Shown piece by piece: positions 61,753 to 64,000 of a stretch of DNA of 64,000 nt. Under the pieces are notes generated by a model. It made no database searches, was not told the DNA's origin, and saw nothing but the letters and a program-made list of their open reading frames with translations. A program made the position numbers and the translations under genes. This DNA is from an uncultured candidatus Porisulfidus sp. GTDB taxonomy: Bacteria; Pseudomonadota; Gammaproteobacteria; Poriferisulfidales; Oxydemutatoraceae. Each line of letters starts with the position of its first letter. Within the stretch, counting starts at the first letter, position 1. The stretch covers positions 224,001-288,000 of the forward strand of contig OZ244052.1 in NCBI GenBank assembly GCA_965215125.1, written 5' to 3'.

Positions 61753-61911
61753 GATTAGAATCTCATTTATATGTAAATTGAGGTTATATTATCATTTTTG
61801 GGACTTATAGCGATTAGTTGACAAACCACAATTATTAAAACTATTAGTTGACAAACAATCCTTTTAATTATTACAATAATCCCTATAATAGAAACACAAT
61901 TAGGAAAAGTC

Positions 61912-62838
61912 ATGGCGAAAAGATTAGCAAAAACATTAAGTCTATTTGACTTGATGAAGCAGTACCCTACTGAGTTAGATGCGATGAGGTACATAGAGCG
62001 TATGCAGTGGGGAGATACACTCTGTTGCACTCGTTGTGGAGCGACCGACAAAATTACTGAACGCGAAGACAAACTGGCAAACTATTGGTGCGGTTATTGT
62101 CGCAAATACTTTAATGCTAAGACCGGCACACCGTTGGAACATAATCGTATCCGTGACCAAAGAGTGTGGATATACGCTGCGTATTTGTTAATAACTGCCC
62201 GCAAAGGTATTAGCGCAATGCAACTTCACAAGGAACTTTCTATTAGCTATAAAGCAGCTTGGTATCTACTGCACAGACTACGGCTTGCTTGCGGTCATCA
62301 TCTGGCAGCCTTGCGTGGTGAGGTTGAAATAGACGAGACCTATATAGGCGGTAAAGAAAAGAACAAGCATGAAAGGAAGCGATTAAAGGTGGGTGGCGGG
62401 GCCGGCGGTAAATCTACCATACTCGGCCTGCTGCAGCGAGGCGGTCAGTTGATAGCAATGCCGATAAGCGACACCACCAAACAAACGCTACATCCGATTA
62501 TTAGGGATAACATTATGTCGGGTAGCACTTTATACACAGACGATAACCCGTCCTACACAGGAGCCTATAGAAGACATCAAGTCGTCAACCATTCGGCAAA
62601 GCAATATGTTAATGGTATGGCACACACTAATAGCATAGAAAGTGTATGGGCTTTGCTGAAGCGCGGATACAACCGAACCTATCATAACTGGAGCATGAAG
62701 CATTGCCGGCAATATGTAAATGAGTTTGCCTTCCGTCTCAATGACAGGAATTGTGAGAGAGATACGCAGGATCGGCTAGATAGCCTGTTTTCTATGATGA
62801 CAGGCAAGCGAATAACTTATACGAAATTAACCTCATAG
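61912..62838 (+). CDS. IS1595-family transposase
   Basis: Zn ribbon CxxC...CxxC, VEIDETYIGG, LYTDD, HTNSIESVW, YVNEFAFR.N. Confidence 0.93.
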   Translation: MAKRLAKTLSLFDLMKQYPTELDAMRYIERMQWGDTLCCTRCGATDKITEREDKLANYWCGYCRKYFNAKTGTPLEHNRIRDQRVWIYAAYLLITARKGISAMQLHKELSISYKAAWYLLHRLRLACGHHLAALRGEVEIDETYIGGKEKNKHERKRLKVGGGAGGKSTILGLLQRGGQLIAMPISDTTKQTLHPIIRDNIMSGSTLYTDDNPSYTGAYRRHQVVNHSAKQYVNGMAHTNSIESVWALLKRGYNRTYHNWSMKHCRQYVNEFAFRLNDRNCERDTQDRLDSLFSMMTGKRITYTKLTS

Positions 62839-62896
62839 TTTGTCCAAAACAACAATGTCATTCTCTAATAGACAATTGGTGATATAGTGATTACTT

Positions 62897-63061
62897 ATGC
62901 GACAAAAAGATCAAACCAAACTAGACAAGGCGGTGCGTGTATTGCTGAATATGGGTAAAGTGCCGCCGCATAAGCCACTGAAGTTCACCAAAGAAGGCCT
63001 TAGAAAAAAATTCAAAATCAAGGTGTCCAGAAGTGGAAAAGGAAAAATAGAGGAAATATAA
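62897..63061 (+). CDS. Small basic passenger ORF in IS1595 (54 aa)
   Basis: Manual translation MRQKDQTKLDKAVRVLLNMGKVPPHKPL...EEI*; below the ORF-track cutoff. Confidence 0.45.
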   Translation: MRQKDQTKLDKAVRVLLNMGKVPPHKPLKFTKEGLRKKFKIKVSRSGKGKIEEI

Positions 63062-63238
63062 AGAAACTTTGTCAACTAATCGCTATAGTTCCCTCATTTT
63101 TATACTTAAATGATAATATAAATATCCATATTATCGTTTCAGACTCTAAATAATAATATGGAATTCTATATTGTCACTTTCTCACATTAGGGATAACGTC
63201 AGGGTGGTCGGCAAATATAGGTGGCGCAAGCGGTTGTG

Positions 63239-63363
63239 AACCACCCCGTGGAAAGGCTTTACATTTTGTAATATGTACTAAGATTCTGCACAACGTTACG
63301 CCGATTGACCTACTGGTTCAATCGGCGATTCTATGCATAGACCACCCCGCCACAGGCAGGGAA
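63239..63363 (-). repeat. Composite A+B repeat variant
   Basis: Shares ttttacattttgtaatat.tactaagattctgcacaacgttacgccgattgacctactgg.tcaatcggc with 34513-34626. Confidence 0.8.
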
Positions 63364-63373
63364 TGGATATGCT

Positions 63374-64000
63374 TTAGATTAGTGTATTTTTCTCTAGGGT
63401 TTTTAAGAAATTTTTAAGTGTATATACCTCTAAGGAATCGGCTTTTAGATTTTTATCACCTAAATAAACTCCGATAGCTCTATCGATAAATTTCTGCGCT
63501 TTGACTTTCTTAAGATATTTGCCGAATTCCCTCTTCCAAACCTTAGAAGATTTAAGTTCTATTCCGATTCTTTGAGCGTTTATTTCTACAAGAAAGTCTA
63601 TTTCGGAATTATGGTATGTTTTACAAAAGCTGATTTTTGCGCCCCAGTCATGAATCTGATTCCATGCTTTCAGTTCGTGGAGCAGATAAGTTTCCAAAAG
63701 AAATCCTTTATCGTAATCGTGTATGGGGTCTCGCAACTGCCCTCTCAAAGCTCTGACGACACCCGTATCAAAAAAGAAAAATTTAGGATGAATTGCCGTT
63801 TTGACCCGTGCTTTTGTCCTCCACGCGGGGAGCCAAAAACCAATGAGCGTGTCTTCTAGTGCTTGAAAGTATCCCATAACGGTAGTTCTGGCAACACCCG
63901 AATCTCTTGCCAACGAGGCGATGTTGATTGTTTGAGCATTGCATAGGGAGGCGATGTCTAAAAAATTAGAGAAACTGTTCATGTTTTTTACTATGGCTTC
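63374..64000 (-). CDS. AAA+ ATPase/DUF4143-like protein (5' end outside the window)
   Basis: LARDSGV, LEDTLIG, KFFFFDTG, EIDF...IELK; paralog of 39903-41036. Confidence 0.8.
   Translation of the reverse strand, partial: EAIVKNMNSFSNFLDIASLCNAQTINIASLARDSGVARTTVMGYFQALEDTLIGFWLPAWRTKARVKTAIHPKFFFFDTGVVRALRGQLRDPIHDYDKGFLLETYLLHELKAWNQIHDWGAKISFCKTYHNSEIDFLVEINAQRIGIELKSSKVWKREFGKYLKKVKAQKFIDRAIGVYLGDKNLKADSLEVYTLKNFLKTLEKNTLI

Larger units (their letters stand above)
61800..63093 (+). mobile_element. IS1595-family insertion sequence
   Basis: 26-bp IRs gggacttatagcgattagttgacaaa / tttgtcaactaatcgctatagttccc and an 8-bp TCATTTTT target duplication (61792-61799, 63094-63101). Confidence 0.93.

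Overview
Bacterial chromosome segment, gammaproteobacterial by gene order (petA; holA-proA-nadD-rsfS-rlmH; xerD-dsbC; rpe-trpEGDC), with three accessory blocks. (1) A type II-C CRISPR-Cas locus: tracrRNA, cas9, cas1, cas2 and a 46-repeat array hit by two IS3-family elements. The main signal is the Cas9. It carries a second, colinear, about 70%-identical copy of its HNH domain inserted into RuvC-III, and that copy has lost the catalytic E-H (now G-Y). The tracrRNA anti-repeat is also split by a 20-nt insert. (2) A 4730-aa secreted adhesin with GLUG and Ig/cadherin-like domains, built from 924-bp tandem repeats. (3) A defence island bounded by inverted rpn genes: a membrane protein plus ImmA-like protease pair, an SNF2-DUF4391-Mod-Res type III R-M locus and DUF5131. 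A Fic gene and an IS1595 follow. Intergenic DNA carries nested REP-like and MITE-like palindromes. All calls come from reading motifs by eye; no database searches were run.
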